Source of the DNA: Campylobacterota bacterium
Lineage (GTDB): Bacteria > Campylobacterota > Campylobacteria > Campylobacterales > Sulfurovaceae
Direction of reading: 5' to 3'
Assembly (NCBI GenBank): GCA_034722955.1
Contig: JAYEOM010000131.1
Span: 1 to 29,866, forward strand
DNA length: 29,866 bases
In this document: positions 17,344 through 27,433 of the stretch, one piece after another
Numbering within the stretch: the first letter of the stretch is position 1
Layout of the letters: every line of letters starts with the position of its first letter
Made by a program: the position numbers and the translations under genes
Notes under the pieces: model-generated
Database searches by the model: none
What the model saw: only the letters and a program-made list of their open reading frames with translations
What the model was told of the DNA's origin: nothing

Positions 17344-20300
17344 TTATTCTCCCTCCTCTATCTTGAGAGGCCCTTTCATATCTTTTGGTCTAACCATCCA
17401 AAAGTTACGAATCTCGACTCTAAAGTTGTCTACTATCTTCTTGGCTTGTACACTCTTTGTCTTATGATAATAATCTTTTAGAAGTTTCTTGAGGTAGTAT
17501 CGCTCTATATCAGTATCCTCTGTATCAATTCTCCTCGCCTCTACGAGTTCTTGATTGACATTTTCGACAAGCTCATGCTCCAAGTCATAAACAAATGCTA
17601 TACCTCCTGTCATACCGGCACCAAAATTGACACCGGTCTTTCCAAGGATCACAACAACACCGCCAGTCATATATTCACAGGGGTGATCTCCTGTTCCCTC
17701 TACGATAGCTATAGCACCAGAGTTACGCACAGCAAATCGTTCACCAACTTGACCATTGATATATAGTTTTCCGCCTGTTGCACCATAGAGACAGGTGTTA
17801 CCTCCTAGTGAGAAATCGGGACCATTTTTATCCGCAGTGATCACAATACGACCGCCATTCATCCCTTTTCCTATATAGTCATTGCCTGCACCGTTGATAT
17901 GAAGAGAGACTCCATTGACAAGGAATGCACCCAGCGACTGTCCTGATGTACCATCCAGTCTTATAGTGATAGTCCCTTCAGGCAGACCTTTGTCCCCATA
18001 ATACTTAGCTATCTCACCAGATATACGCGTTCCAAAACTTCTGTTGAGGTTGGAGATCTTCTTCTCCAAAATGATAGAATCATTTGGATTTTTAATCGCA
18101 GGCATCAACTCTTTGAGGATCTCTTTTTCGTACTCATTTTTGTCATATGGTTCATTGAACTCCACCTCTCGTCTGTTTGGACCATCTAGCTTATATAGGA
18201 GCTTATCAAAAGAGAATTTTTTCGCAAATTCATCATCAATCATCTCCAGAAGATCATTTCGACCTATTATCTCTTCAAGTGATTCATAACCCAATGAAGC
18301 AAGTATCTCCCTCACATCTTCTGCAAGCAGAGTAAAGTAGTTGATCACTCTCTCTACAGACCCCTCGTAATGCTCTCTCAATCTCTCCTCTTGGGTTGCG
18401 ATACCAACCGAACAGCGATTCATATGACAGATACGAAGTATTTTACACCCTATCACTGTCAAAGCACCTGTACCAAATGCATAACTCTCTGCACCAAATA
18501 TAGCAGCCTTCACCACATCCAATCCTGTCTTCAATCCCCCATCAGTCTCCAGCTCTACTTGACCTCTGAGATTGTTTGCTTTGAGGGCATTGTGTGCTTC
18601 GATCAGACCCAACTCCCAAGGATTACCGGTAAATTTTATCGAACCTATAGGTGCAGCACCCGTACCACCATCTGCTCCGGAGATGATGATCTTGTCAGCA
18701 TAAGCTTTCGCTACACCTGCTGCGATAGTTCCGACACCTGCTGTCGATACTAGTTTGACAGCGATGCGTGCTTCAGGGTTGATCTGCTTTAGGTCAAAGA
18801 TGAGTTGTGCCAAATCCTCAATCGAATATATATCATGGTGCGGTGGTGGCGAGATCAATGTCACACCCGGCATTGTATGTCTAAGTCTAGCGATCAGTGG
18901 ACTGACTTTTGATCCTGGCAGTTGACCACCCTCACCTGGTTTGGCACCTTGAGCTACTTTGATCTGTAACTCCTCTGCCGATCTGAGATAAGCCGGTGTC
19001 ACACCAAATCGTCCCGATGCAACCTGTTTGATCTTGGAGTTTTTGATGGTATCAAATCGCACATCATCCTCTCCGCCTTCACCTGAGTTACTCTTTCCGC
19101 CTATGGTATTCATAGCTTCTGCTAGACACTCATGGGCTTCAGGTGAGATCGATCCCAAACTCATAGCCGCAGTAGAGAATCTCCGGAAGATCTCTGAGAG
19201 TGGCTCTACTCTATCGATAGAGATCGACTCTCTGTCGCTTTTGAGTTCATAAAAGTCACGGATAAATTTTCTGTCTCTATCATCAACCAACACTTTAAGC
19301 TCATCATAATCCTCTTTTTTACCACTAAGAGAGAGCTTGTGTATCGCATGAACAGTGGCTGGAGAGAAGTCATGGAACTCACCCCCATCAAGGTATTTAT
19401 AGAACCCTCCAATATTGAGTGGGAAAACCCTATTGGCTCTCTCTTTGGCATAAGCCTCATCATGTGCTTGAGTGATACGAGCCTCTATATCGCTATAGCC
19501 AAGCCCTTTGAGCAGTGCATGGGCATCAGGGAAACACTCTGTTACGATCTCATCATCCAAACCAATCACATCAAATAGACTGGAGTTTCTATAGCTTGAT
19601 ATTGTTGAGATACCCATCTTGGACATGACCTTGAGTAGACCAAAGTTGATCGCTTTTCGTACCCTCTTTAAGATAGGTGCCAAATCAACATGATCATCTT
19701 TTCTTCTCTCTATCATCGCTACTGTTTGATAGAACATATAAGGATAGATCGCTGCTGCCCCAAATGCGATCAGAGAAGCTGCCATATGTGAGTCATACAT
19801 TTCACCGGTCACTGCGACGATACTTACTAGTTGACGCACGCCATTATCGAGCAGAGCCTTATTTAGACGACCTACTACCATAAGTATCGGCATCACTTTG
19901 ATAGTTTCATCCATCGCTCTATCATCTAATATAACAGTTCTTATATCTTCATTTTTCACATCATTGACAACCATATCGACCAAAGCATTGATGCTATCCT
20001 TGAGATCTCTACTGAAGGTTGTATCGTAACATCGTGCTTTGTAGCTCGCATCATATTTGGGATTTTTCTCATCTCCAAACTCTTTGAGTACTTGCAGTTT
20101 CTCTAGTGAAAGAATCGGAGAGGCTGTCTTGAGTCTCTTGGCATGTTCTGAGTCATCGGTTAGAATATTGCGCATCTCTCCAAACCCAGTATTCAGACTC
20201 ATGACAACTTTTTCACGGATAGGATCTATCGGTGGATTGGTTACCTGTGCAAATTTTTGTTTAAAGAAGTCAGAAAAGTTTCTCTGCTTATTGGAAAAAG

Positions 20301-21765
20301 CCGCCAATGGAGTATCATCACCCATAGAGGCTGTCGCCTCTTTTCCATCTTTTGCCATGGGTTCGATCACCTGCTCGATCACCTCAAGAGTAATATTAAA
20401 ATATCGCTGCTTAGCTTCCATAATCTTTCTGTCAGGTACATCAATAGTAGAGAATGGATCACTCATATACTCTTGCAGATAAACCATATTCTCATTCATC
20501 CACTCAGCATAAGGCTCTCTATTTTTCAAATAATCATCGATATCATCACTCTTAAGCACACTGCCGTACTTGAGATCGATCCCCATCATTTCACCCGACT
20601 GGAGTCTTCCTCTCTCTACTATATCCTCTTCAGGAGTCTGTAGTACCCCATACTCAGAACTGATGAGGAGTCTGTTGTCTGTGGTGATAATATACTTAGC
20701 TGGTCTTAGACCATTTCTGTCAAGTATACAGCCTATATAGCGACCATCTGTCATACTGACAGCAGCTGGTCCATCCCAAGGCTCAAAACATGTACTGGCA
20801 TACTCATAAAATGCTCTGAGTTTAGCATCCATATGAGGTGCATTCTGCCAAGGTGCAGGCAGTATCGATCTGGCTGCTTTGAAAAAGTCTACACCATTGA
20901 CTCTCAAAAACTCAAAGAAGTTATCCAAACTAGCAGAGTCGCTCATACCGTTTTGGATGATGGGGACTAGTCTGCTCATCTCTTCACTAGAGAATATATC
21001 ACTCTTAAGATCTCTGAGTTTCGCTGTTGCATTAAATCGGTTAGCTTCTACAGAGTTGATCTCACCATTATGAGCAATCATTCTAAATGGTTGAGCTAGT
21101 CTCCATTGCGGCAGAGTGTTGGTAGAAAATCTCTGATGAAAAAGGCAGTATGATATCTCAAAGTCAGAATCTGCAAGATCTCTATAGAACTTTTTGATAT
21201 GCGTAGGCATCATCAAGCCCTTGTAAGAGACAACCGATGTAGAGAAGGATGCTACATAAAATGCATCATTACCCTTCAGCCTATACTCTATCTCTTTACG
21301 AGAGAGATAAACCAGTGCATCAAACCGTCTAGTTCCCATGAGTGTATTGGGTGTGACAAAAACTTGTGTTATCTCTGGCAGTGATGCTATAGCCTGTTCA
21401 CCCAATGCTTCGATATCTATAGGGGGCTTGCGAGTATAGAGGACTCTGAGATCATTATTTTCACACACCTCTTTGAGTAGAGCAAAATCTTCACTGTTTT
21501 GGTTGAAGATCATAGCAACTGCATATATATCAGGAAGGACTATACTCTCCTCTTTGGCTACTTTTGAAAAAAATTTTCTTGGTATTGAGAGTAGAAGTCC
21601 ACTTCCATCTCCTGTCTTTCCATCTGCTGCAATCGCTCCTCTATGCATCATCCTAGAGAGTGCCTTGATAGCATCCTCCAAGTTTTTGTGTGATGGAGTG
21701 TTTTCTATGGATGCGAGTAGTCCAAATCCACAGTTATCTTTAAATGAGGTAAGGAGATCTCTCAT
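17344..21765 (-). CDS. gltB: Glutamate synthase large (alpha) subunit
   Basis: CGFG amidotransferase start, HRGA...DGKTGDG, HQRFSTNT, HNGEIN, FAQVTNPPID, SNSGEGGE, AQGAKPGEGGQLPG, PPPHHDIYSIEDL and GC..R.CH..C 3Fe-4S motifs. Confidence 0.99.
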   Translation of the reverse strand: MRDLLTSFKDNCGFGLLASIENTPSHKNLEDAIKALSRMMHRGAIAADGKTGDGSGLLLSIPRKFFSKVAKEESIVLPDIYAVAMIFNQNSEDFALLKEVCENNDLRVLYTRKPPIDIEALGEQAIASLPEITQVFVTPNTLMGTRRFDALVYLSRKEIEYRLKGNDAFYVASFSTSVVSYKGLMMPTHIKKFYRDLADSDFEISYCLFHQRFSTNTLPQWRLAQPFRMIAHNGEINSVEANRFNATAKLRDLKSDIFSSEEMSRLVPIIQNGMSDSASLDNFFEFLRVNGVDFFKAARSILPAPWQNAPHMDAKLRAFYEYASTCFEPWDGPAAVSMTDGRYIGCILDRNGLRPAKYIITTDNRLLISSEYGVLQTPEEDIVERGRLQSGEMMGIDLKYGSVLKSDDIDDYLKNREPYAEWMNENMVYLQEYMSDPFSTIDVPDRKIMEAKQRYFNITLEVIEQVIEPMAKDGKEATASMGDDTPLAAFSNKQRNFSDFFKQKFAQVTNPPIDPIREKVVMSLNTGFGEMRNILTDDSEHAKRLKTASPILSLEKLQVLKEFGDEKNPKYDASYKARCYDTTFSRDLKDSINALVDMVVNDVKNEDIRTVILDDRAMDETIKVMPILMVVGRLNKALLDNGVRQLVSIVAVTGEMYDSHMAASLIAFGAAAIYPYMFYQTVAMIERRKDDHVDLAPILKRVRKAINFGLLKVMSKMGISTISSYRNSSLFDVIGLDDEIVTECFPDAHALLKGLGYSDIEARITQAHDEAYAKERANRVFPLNIGGFYKYLDGGEFHDFSPATVHAIHKLSLSGKKEDYDELKVLVDDRDRKFIRDFYELKSDRESISIDRVEPLSEIFRRFSTAAMSLGSISPEAHECLAEAMNTIGGKSNSGEGGEDDVRFDTIKNSKIKQVASGRFGVTPAYLRSAEELQIKVAQGAKPGEGGQLPGSKVSPLIARLRHTMPGVTLISPPPHHDIYSIEDLAQLIFDLKQINPEARIAVKLVSTAGVGTIAAGVAKAYADKIIISGADGGTGAAPIGSIKFTGNPWELGLIEAHNALKANNLRGQVELETDGGLKTGLDVVKAAIFGAESYAFGTGALTVIGCKILRICHMNRCSVGIATQEERLREHYEGSVERVINYFTLLAEDVREILASLGYESLEEIIGRNDLLEMIDDEFAKKFSFDKLLYKLDGPNRREVEFNEPYDKNEYEKEILKELMPAIKNPNDSIILEKKISNLNRSFGTRISGEIAKYYGDKGLPEGTITIRLDGTSGQSLGAFLVNGVSLHINGAGNDYIGKGMNGGRIVITADKNGPDFSLGGNTCLYGATGGKLYINGQVGERFAVRNSGAIAIVEGTGDHPCEYMTGGVVVILGKTGVNFGAGMTGGIAFVYDLEHELVENVNQELVEARRIDTEDTDIERYYLKKLLKDYYHKTKSVQAKKIVDNFRVEIRNFWMVRPKDMKGPLKIEEGE

Positions 21766-21860
21766 AAGCCAACCTTTAGTTTTAGTTTGTTAGGCTACAT
21801 TCAGCCTAGTTTAATATCTTAAGATAAATAGGGTTCAAAAAGTTCCCAGAAATAGGGATG

Positions 21861-21866
21861 ATTATA
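21861..21866 (-). promoter_or_regulatory. -10 box (agTATAAT) for gltBD
   Basis: TATAAT on the minus strand about 95 nt upstream of the gltB ATG in the divergent gltB/recO spacer. Confidence 0.55.
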
Positions 21867-21888
21867 CTGAAAAGTGGGTTAAGAATCG

Positions 21889-22506
21889 ATGAAAGGTTTC
21901 GTAATTGCTCTTCACAAAGCCAAAAATGAAGATACCATTGCTACAGTACTCTCATCTCATGAGGTACGGAGTTACTATAGATTTTTCGGTGCTAGGCACT
22001 CTATACTGCAGCTAGGTCACTTGATCGATTTTGAGGTTGAGGGTGAACAGAGTCGATTTATGCCCAGACTCCGTAGCCTCAGCCATATCGGTTTTCCATG
22101 GCTCTATGATAACAACAGACTGCTTCTATGGCACAACTTTGTCAAACTTTTTGAACCGCATCTTAGGGATACAGAGGAGATAGATACCTTCTACTATAGA
22201 CTGCTTCTCGATGCAGCACAGAGATGGGATAGACAAAATCCCAAGCGTATCATCTGCGAAAAGTACCTCAGCCTACTGATATATGAAGGTCGTCTGCATG
22301 ATGATGAGAAGTGCTATATTTGCGAACAGTGCATAGAGAGAGAAGTTTCGCTTATGCAGGCATTTATCCCTGCACACCCATACTGTATATATAGCCCTGC
22401 TCTAACGAAAGAGCATATCTCTACTTTTTTTAAAATCGGAAAAACTATCTACCTAGAGGATCATGAGGTAGAGTATCTCTATGATATTGTGATGAGAGGG
22501 CTATAG
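21889..22506 (+). CDS. recO: DNA repair protein RecO (Campylobacterota type)
   Basis: MKGFV...NEDTI, YRFFGARHSILQLGHLIDFE, QNPKR, YEGRLH and CYICE...HPYC zinc site. Confidence 0.9.
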   Translation: MKGFVIALHKAKNEDTIATVLSSHEVRSYYRFFGARHSILQLGHLIDFEVEGEQSRFMPRLRSLSHIGFPWLYDNNRLLLWHNFVKLFEPHLRDTEEIDTFYYRLLLDAAQRWDRQNPKRIICEKYLSLLIYEGRLHDDEKCYICEQCIEREVSLMQAFIPAHPYCIYSPALTKEHISTFFKIGKTIYLEDHEVEYLYDIVMRGL

Positions 22507-23832
22507 GATATATCTAGTGGTATCCTCGTCATCTATAACCTTACCTAGCTTCTCTTTGACTATATCCTCTGATACAGTATAGCTCTCTCCCTTATGTTCA
22601 TCAGCTGCAAAACTGATCTCTTCGAGTATCTTCTCCATAACAGTATGCAGTCTCCTAGCACCGATATCTTCTGTCTTTGCATTTGCCAAAGAGGAGTAGT
22701 GAGCGATAGAACGAAGTGCCTCCTCATCAAAAATAAGCTCCAGCTCTTCAACAGACATCAATGCTTTATACTGCATGATAAGTGAGTTTTTTGGTTCAGT
22801 AAGTATCCTATAGAGTACCTCTTCAGTGAGAGAATCCAGCTCTACTCTCAGAGGAAAACGCCCTTGCAGCTCTGGGATCAAGTCACTAGGCTTACTTAGG
22901 TGAAATGCTCCTGCTGCAATAAAGAGAATATGATCTGTATTTATCATACCTAGTTTTGTATGGACAGTACTCCCCTCTACTATAGGCAAAAGATCTCTCT
23001 GAACTCCCTCTTTGCTGGGGTCTTGTCTGCTTTGACTCCCTGATGCCACAGCGATCTTATCGATCTCATCGAGAAATATGATACCACCCTGCTCTACTTT
23101 TTCGATCGCTAACTCTTTGAGTTGCTCATCATCGAGAAGTTCAGCACTCGCCTCTTCAGCCAAAATCTTTTTTGCCTCTTTGACTGTCACCTCTTTCTCT
23201 TTGCCTTTTTTGTTTATACCGCCTAAAACTTTGGAGATAGACTCCTGGACATTGATCATCTGAGGAGGCAAACCGCTATCCTCCATATCGAGAGTAGGTG
23301 CAGGCATCTCCACCTTTATCTTCAGGTGATCTAGCTCCCCCTTCTCAAACTTTGACTGCATTCGGCTAAAAGAGGCCTCATACTCTGCTTTCTTCTGTTC
23401 TCCTGCTGCTGCAGGGAGGGGGGGAAGCAATTTTTCTATGATCCTATTCTCTATATAGGTTTCGATCTTCTCTGCATTTTTACTATTTTCACTCTCACGA
23501 ACCAACTTGAGAGAGACTGATGCAAGATCACGGATCATCGACTCTACATCGCGTCCTACAAATCCCACCTCTGTATATTTACTAGCCTCTATCTTGATAA
23601 AGGGTACAGCCATCATATGTGCCAATCTTCTGGCTATCTCAGTCTTACCTACGCCTGTACTTCCGATCATCAGAATATTTTTGGGAATTACATCATTTTG
23701 TATCTCTACAGGGAGTTGCATTCTTCTATATCGTGTACGCAAAGCGACAGCTATTGTCTTTTTGGCATCATCCTGACCGATCACATATTGATCGAGATAT
23801 TGTACTATCTCTTTTGGTGTTAAATTTTCCAC
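22501..23832 (-). CDS. hslU: ATP-dependent protease ATPase subunit HslU
   Basis: LTPKEIVQYLDQYVIGQ, PKNILMIGSTGVGKTEIARR, TEVGFVGRDVESM, EGVQRDLLPIVEG, PELQGRFP and IGARRLHT motifs. GTG start. Confidence 0.98.
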   Translation of the reverse strand: MENLTPKEIVQYLDQYVIGQDDAKKTIAVALRTRYRRMQLPVEIQNDVIPKNILMIGSTGVGKTEIARRLAHMMAVPFIKIEASKYTEVGFVGRDVESMIRDLASVSLKLVRESENSKNAEKIETYIENRIIEKLLPPLPAAAGEQKKAEYEASFSRMQSKFEKGELDHLKIKVEMPAPTLDMEDSGLPPQMINVQESISKVLGGINKKGKEKEVTVKEAKKILAEEASAELLDDEQLKELAIEKVEQGGIIFLDEIDKIAVASGSQSRQDPSKEGVQRDLLPIVEGSTVHTKLGMINTDHILFIAAGAFHLSKPSDLIPELQGRFPLRVELDSLTEEVLYRILTEPKNSLIMQYKALMSVEELELIFDEEALRSIAHYSSLANAKTEDIGARRLHTVMEKILEEISFAADEHKGESYTVSEDIVKEKLGKVIDDEDTTRYIL

Positions 23833-23841
23833 ACGACTCCT

Positions 23842-24375
23842 TTACGCTAATTCTAAAGTTTTGATATTACTATTGGTGTAGATACAGAGGTCTCCTGCTA
23901 TCTTGAGGGACTCTAGGATCAACTCCTCTTCGGATAGTGAAGCGTGTTTTTCCAATGCACGAGCAGCAGAGATCGCATAGTTGCCTCCACTCCCTATCGC
24001 AGCTATCATTCCATCCTGAGGCTCTACAACATCACCGGTTCCGCTCAAGATAAAAATATGCTCTCTATTTAGAACGATCATCATAGCTTCAAGCTGGCGG
24101 AGCTGTTTGTCTTTACGCCAAACTTTAGAGAACTCTATCACTGAACGAAACAGATCTCCTTTTTTTTCATTGAGTATACTCTCAAACATCTCAAAAAGGT
24201 TAAAAGCATCTGCTGTACTTCCTGCAAACCCCCCTAGTATCTCGCCATGATAGAGTGTACGAATCTTCGTGGCATTGCTCTTGAGTACACTATCTCCGAA
24301 AGTTACCTGCCCATCTCCGCCGATGACAGCTCTCTGCTTACCTCTGTATGCTAGTATAGTTGTAGCGTGAAACAC
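23842..24375 (-). CDS. hslV: ATP-dependent protease peptidase subunit HslV
   Basis: [35 protein letters not shown] and CIYTN motifs. Confidence 0.98.
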   Translation of the reverse strand: MFHATTILAYRGKQRAVIGGDGQVTFGDSVLKSNATKIRTLYHGEILGGFAGSTADAFNLFEMFESILNEKKGDLFRSVIEFSKVWRKDKQLRQLEAMMIVLNREHIFILSGTGDVVEPQDGMIAAIGSGGNYAISAARALEKHASLSEEELILESLKIAGDLCIYTNSNIKTLELA

Positions 24376-24377
24376 GG

Positions 24378-24821
24378 CTAAACACCCTCGATCTGAATCT
24401 TTAGTGTGGCGTGAATACCATGACCGAGTTTTGCATCAACTTCATGAAGTCCTGTTGACTTCAATGCCTTTTTTAAGTTAATGTGTTTCTTGTCAAGATC
24501 TATATTCAACTGCTCTTTGATCGCTTTGGAGATATCTAGATTTCCTACAGAGCCTTTGATCCCTACAGGTGCTATAGGTTTTTCAATCCTTATCGTAGCA
24601 TCTTCAAATACTCTCTTCTCATCTGTCAATCTCTCCAAGTCATCTTTGAGCTGTTGAGCCATACGCTCCTGCTCCTCTTTCCAGTTGGCGACTACATCTG
24701 GTGTTGCCAACTTTGCCAAACCTTTTGCTATCAAAAAATTCTGACCATAACCATCTTTGACCTCTTTGATTTCACCGCTTTTTCCCAAGGTATTTACATC
24801 TTTGATTAATAAAACTTTCAC
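24378..24821 (-). CDS. rplI: 50S ribosomal protein L9
   Basis: [29 protein letters not shown] and KLGHGIHA motifs. Confidence 0.97.
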   Translation of the reverse strand: MKVLLIKDVNTLGKSGEIKEVKDGYGQNFLIAKGLAKLATPDVVANWKEEQERMAQQLKDDLERLTDEKRVFEDATIRIEKPIAPVGIKGSVGNLDISKAIKEQLNIDLDKKHINLKKALKSTGLHEVDAKLGHGIHATLKIQIEGV

Positions 24822-24853
24822 TTTTTATCCTTTAATAAATAATAATATCCATA

Positions 24854-24890
24854 ATTCTACCCAATTATTTGAAAAAAAGTATGATACAAT
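24854..24890. promoter_or_regulatory. Divergent -10 boxes: ggTAGAAT (minus, 24854-24859, rplI-hslVU) and TGaTACAAT (plus, 24882-24890, M3 peptidase)
   Basis: Each box lies about 30 nt upstream of its start codon with an RBS (AAGGA / AAGGT) in between. Confidence 0.6.
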
Positions 24891-24921
24891 CACTTAAAAA
24901 TTGCAAAGGTAGCCAAAAATA

Positions 24922-26880
24922 ATGTTTCAAACATTTCAAATAGACAAATTAGAGAATTTTCCAGAGACTCTAGAGAGACTCCTTGACCAGCAGAGAGAGA
25001 CGATCAAATCCATCACCCAAAAGAGTTCGACCACTTATGAGGAGACTCTAAAACCACTTCAGGATCTTGATGAGGAGCTTACTCTTTTTTTTACCCCTCT
25101 TTCACATCTCAATGCCGTATGCAACTCTGAAGAGACACAAAGGGCTTATGAGGCATCTATCCCCCTGCTATCAAAATTTGGCAGTGAATTGGCACAAAAC
25201 TCTGCCCTCTTTGCCAAGATCGAACAGATCGAAACAGAGGATGCCGAGTCAAAAACTGTTGTAGAGCATGAGGTGAGAGACTTTATCCTTTCGGGAGCCA
25301 AGCTTCCAGAAGAGGAGAAGAGACGAATGGAGGAGATATCACTGAGACTTAGTGAGCTGAGTAACCATTTTTCACAAAACCTTCTCGATGCCACAAATAG
25401 CTATGAACTGATCATCGAAGATCCCAAAGATGTAGAGGGTATACCTCAGAGTGATTTGGCAAATGCCAAGAGTATAGTAGATAAGAGAGAGGTCTATCGC
25501 TTTACCCTGCAAATCCCAAGCTATATAGCCTATATGACCTATGGGCCAAACCGCACCTATAGAGAGAGGCTATACAGGGAGTATAGTACGCGTGCACCCA
25601 ATAACTCTGAAGTGATCGAGGAGATACTCAAACTCAAAAATGAGAAAGCCAAACTGCTTGGATTTGACAACTATGCGATATATGCTCTTCAAACACGAGA
25701 TGCCAACCAAGAGTATGAGGTGATAGATTTCCTAGAGAAGCTGGCAGAGATGTCACTAGATCAAGGCAGAGAGGAGCTTCAAGCACTGCGTCTTTTTGCC
25801 AAAGAACTTGATGGATTGGATTCACTAGAGAGTTATGATGTTGCCTACTACAGCGAAAAACTCAAAAAAGAGACCTTTGACTTTGATGATACTATGACAA
25901 AACCCTACTTTCTCCAACCAAGAGTACTCGATGGTATGCTTGAGATCGTCTCAGAACTATTTTCTGTACGATTTGAAGCTGTAGAAGCTCCTATATGGAA
26001 TGAGAAAGTAAATCTATTCGATATTTATGAGGATGAAGAGCTCAGCGGGCGTATCTACTTTGACCTAGAGGCACGAGAAGAGAAGAGGGGCGGTGCATGG
26101 ATGAGTGATTGGGAGACTCACTTTGTCGATGCCAAGGGGAAAAAACACTTGCCGACAGCCTTTGTCGTCTGCAACTTTTCTCCCTCATCAGCCAAGAACC
26201 CTAGCCTATTGCGTCATGATGATGTGGTGACACTATTTCATGAAATGGGTCATGCTATTCATCACCTATTTGGCAAAGGGAGAGAGAGGTCTATCTCCGG
26301 TATCAATGGTGTTGCCTGGGATGTTGTCGAGTTTCCTTCACAGTTTTTGGAGAACTTCGCCTATGAAAAAGCTATCTTGCAACGCTTCTCTTTTCACTAT
26401 GAGACAGAAGAGCCTATACCTGAGATCCTCTTGACCAAGATAAAGGAGACGAAAAATTTTCAAGCTGCACTAGGCATGCTCAGGCAGATAGAGTTTGCAC
26501 TTTTTGATTTCAAACTCCATCAACAGCTATATCAAGGAGATAAAATCCAGCAACTTCTTGATAGTGTCAGAGAGAAAACATCTGTCATGGCTCCTCCAGC
26601 ATACAATAAATTTCAAAATGGCTTTGCTCATATTTTTGGTGGTGGGTATGCCGCTGGATACTATAGTTACAAATGGGCTGAAGTACTCAGTGCAGATGCT
26701 TTTTTCACCTGTTTGGATGAAAATGATGAGTTTGATCTCGAAAAAGCAAAAGGGTACAAAAAATATATTCTAAATCGCGGCGGATCAGAGGAGATGAGCA
26801 GACTCTATCAAGAGTGGCTAGGTCGCAAGCCTGATATCAAAAGCCTCATAAAACTCTATGAGATCGGAAACCAAGGATAG
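24922..26880 (+). CDS. prlC: M3A family oligopeptidase (oligopeptidase A-like)
   Basis: KAKLLGF.NYA, KRGGAW, TLFHEMGHAIH (HExxH), WDVVEFPSQFLEN and FAHIFGGGYAAGYYSYKWAEVLSAD motifs. Confidence 0.93.
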   Translation: MFQTFQIDKLENFPETLERLLDQQRETIKSITQKSSTTYEETLKPLQDLDEELTLFFTPLSHLNAVCNSEETQRAYEASIPLLSKFGSELAQNSALFAKIEQIETEDAESKTVVEHEVRDFILSGAKLPEEEKRRMEEISLRLSELSNHFSQNLLDATNSYELIIEDPKDVEGIPQSDLANAKSIVDKREVYRFTLQIPSYIAYMTYGPNRTYRERLYREYSTRAPNNSEVIEEILKLKNEKAKLLGFDNYAIYALQTRDANQEYEVIDFLEKLAEMSLDQGREELQALRLFAKELDGLDSLESYDVAYYSEKLKKETFDFDDTMTKPYFLQPRVLDGMLEIVSELFSVRFEAVEAPIWNEKVNLFDIYEDEELSGRIYFDLEAREEKRGGAWMSDWETHFVDAKGKKHLPTAFVVCNFSPSSAKNPSLLRHDDVVTLFHEMGHAIHHLFGKGRERSISGINGVAWDVVEFPSQFLENFAYEKAILQRFSFHYETEEPIPEILLTKIKETKNFQAALGMLRQIEFALFDFKLHQQLYQGDKIQQLLDSVREKTSVMAPPAYNKFQNGFAHIFGGGYAAGYYSYKWAEVLSADAFFTCLDENDEFDLEKAKGYKKYILNRGGSEEMSRLYQEWLGRKPDIKSLIKLYEIGNQG

Positions 26881-26883
26881 ACT

Positions 26884-27408
26884 ATGAATCGACTCAAAGA
26901 GTATCGTGACCTTATAGTCATCATCTTTGCTATTTTTACAATTCTTTTGGTTGGTGCTATATTTAGTCACTCATTCACACAACAGCGAACCTATATGGAA
27001 CTCTTTATGCTGATGGGTTCACTGCTCTTTGTCTTTAGTGCATTAGTTCTCTTTGCTATACTTGGGTTTAGCTCTTTTGCTCTCTATCTTACTATATTTA
27101 TCGCCGCTGTGATGGTGATGTATGGGATAGTGGGAGCTATACTGGTCATAGCCATAACCTACCTGATTTGGGGATTTATCTTCTCTATAGAGCTCTTGCT
27201 TGTTGACAATGGTGTGGTAAGTGCTATAGATTGGTTCAAGAGACGATATGATTTTCAAAGTTTCAAATGGGAGTATTACGCCTTCTATCCTCTGCTGCTC
27301 ATACTCTATATTCTCATCGAACTATTTCCAAATATTCTGCATGGTGAAGAGATGAGACGATTCTCTCCCAAAAAAGTTTTTGAAAAGATGAGAGAGATAT
27401 TGGAGTAG
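26884..27408 (+). CDS. Uncharacterised integral membrane protein (4-5 TM)
   Basis: Long hydrophobic runs, AAGGA RBS, 3 nt after the peptidase stop. No family recognised. Confidence 0.75.
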   Translation: MNRLKEYRDLIVIIFAIFTILLVGAIFSHSFTQQRTYMELFMLMGSLLFVFSALVLFAILGFSSFALYLTIFIAAVMVMYGIVGAILVIAITYLIWGFIFSIELLLVDNGVVSAIDWFKRRYDFQSFKWEYYAFYPLLLILYILIELFPNILHGEEMRRFSPKKVFEKMREILE

Positions 27409-27419
27409 ACAAAGATTTG

Positions 27420-27427
27420 GGTATACT
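27420..27427 (+). promoter_or_regulatory. Candidate promoter for a leaderless transcript (ggTATACT-N6-ATG)
   Basis: TATACT at 27422-27427 followed by 6 nt and the ATG at 27434. No Shine-Dalgarno in the 25-nt spacer. Confidence 0.55.
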
Positions 27428-27433
27428 ATAGTT

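Noticed and set aside
23418..23424. G7 tract as a phase-variation site in hslU
   Set aside because: Short, in frame, and explained by the Leu-Pro-Pro-Leu-Pro codons; the gene is intact.
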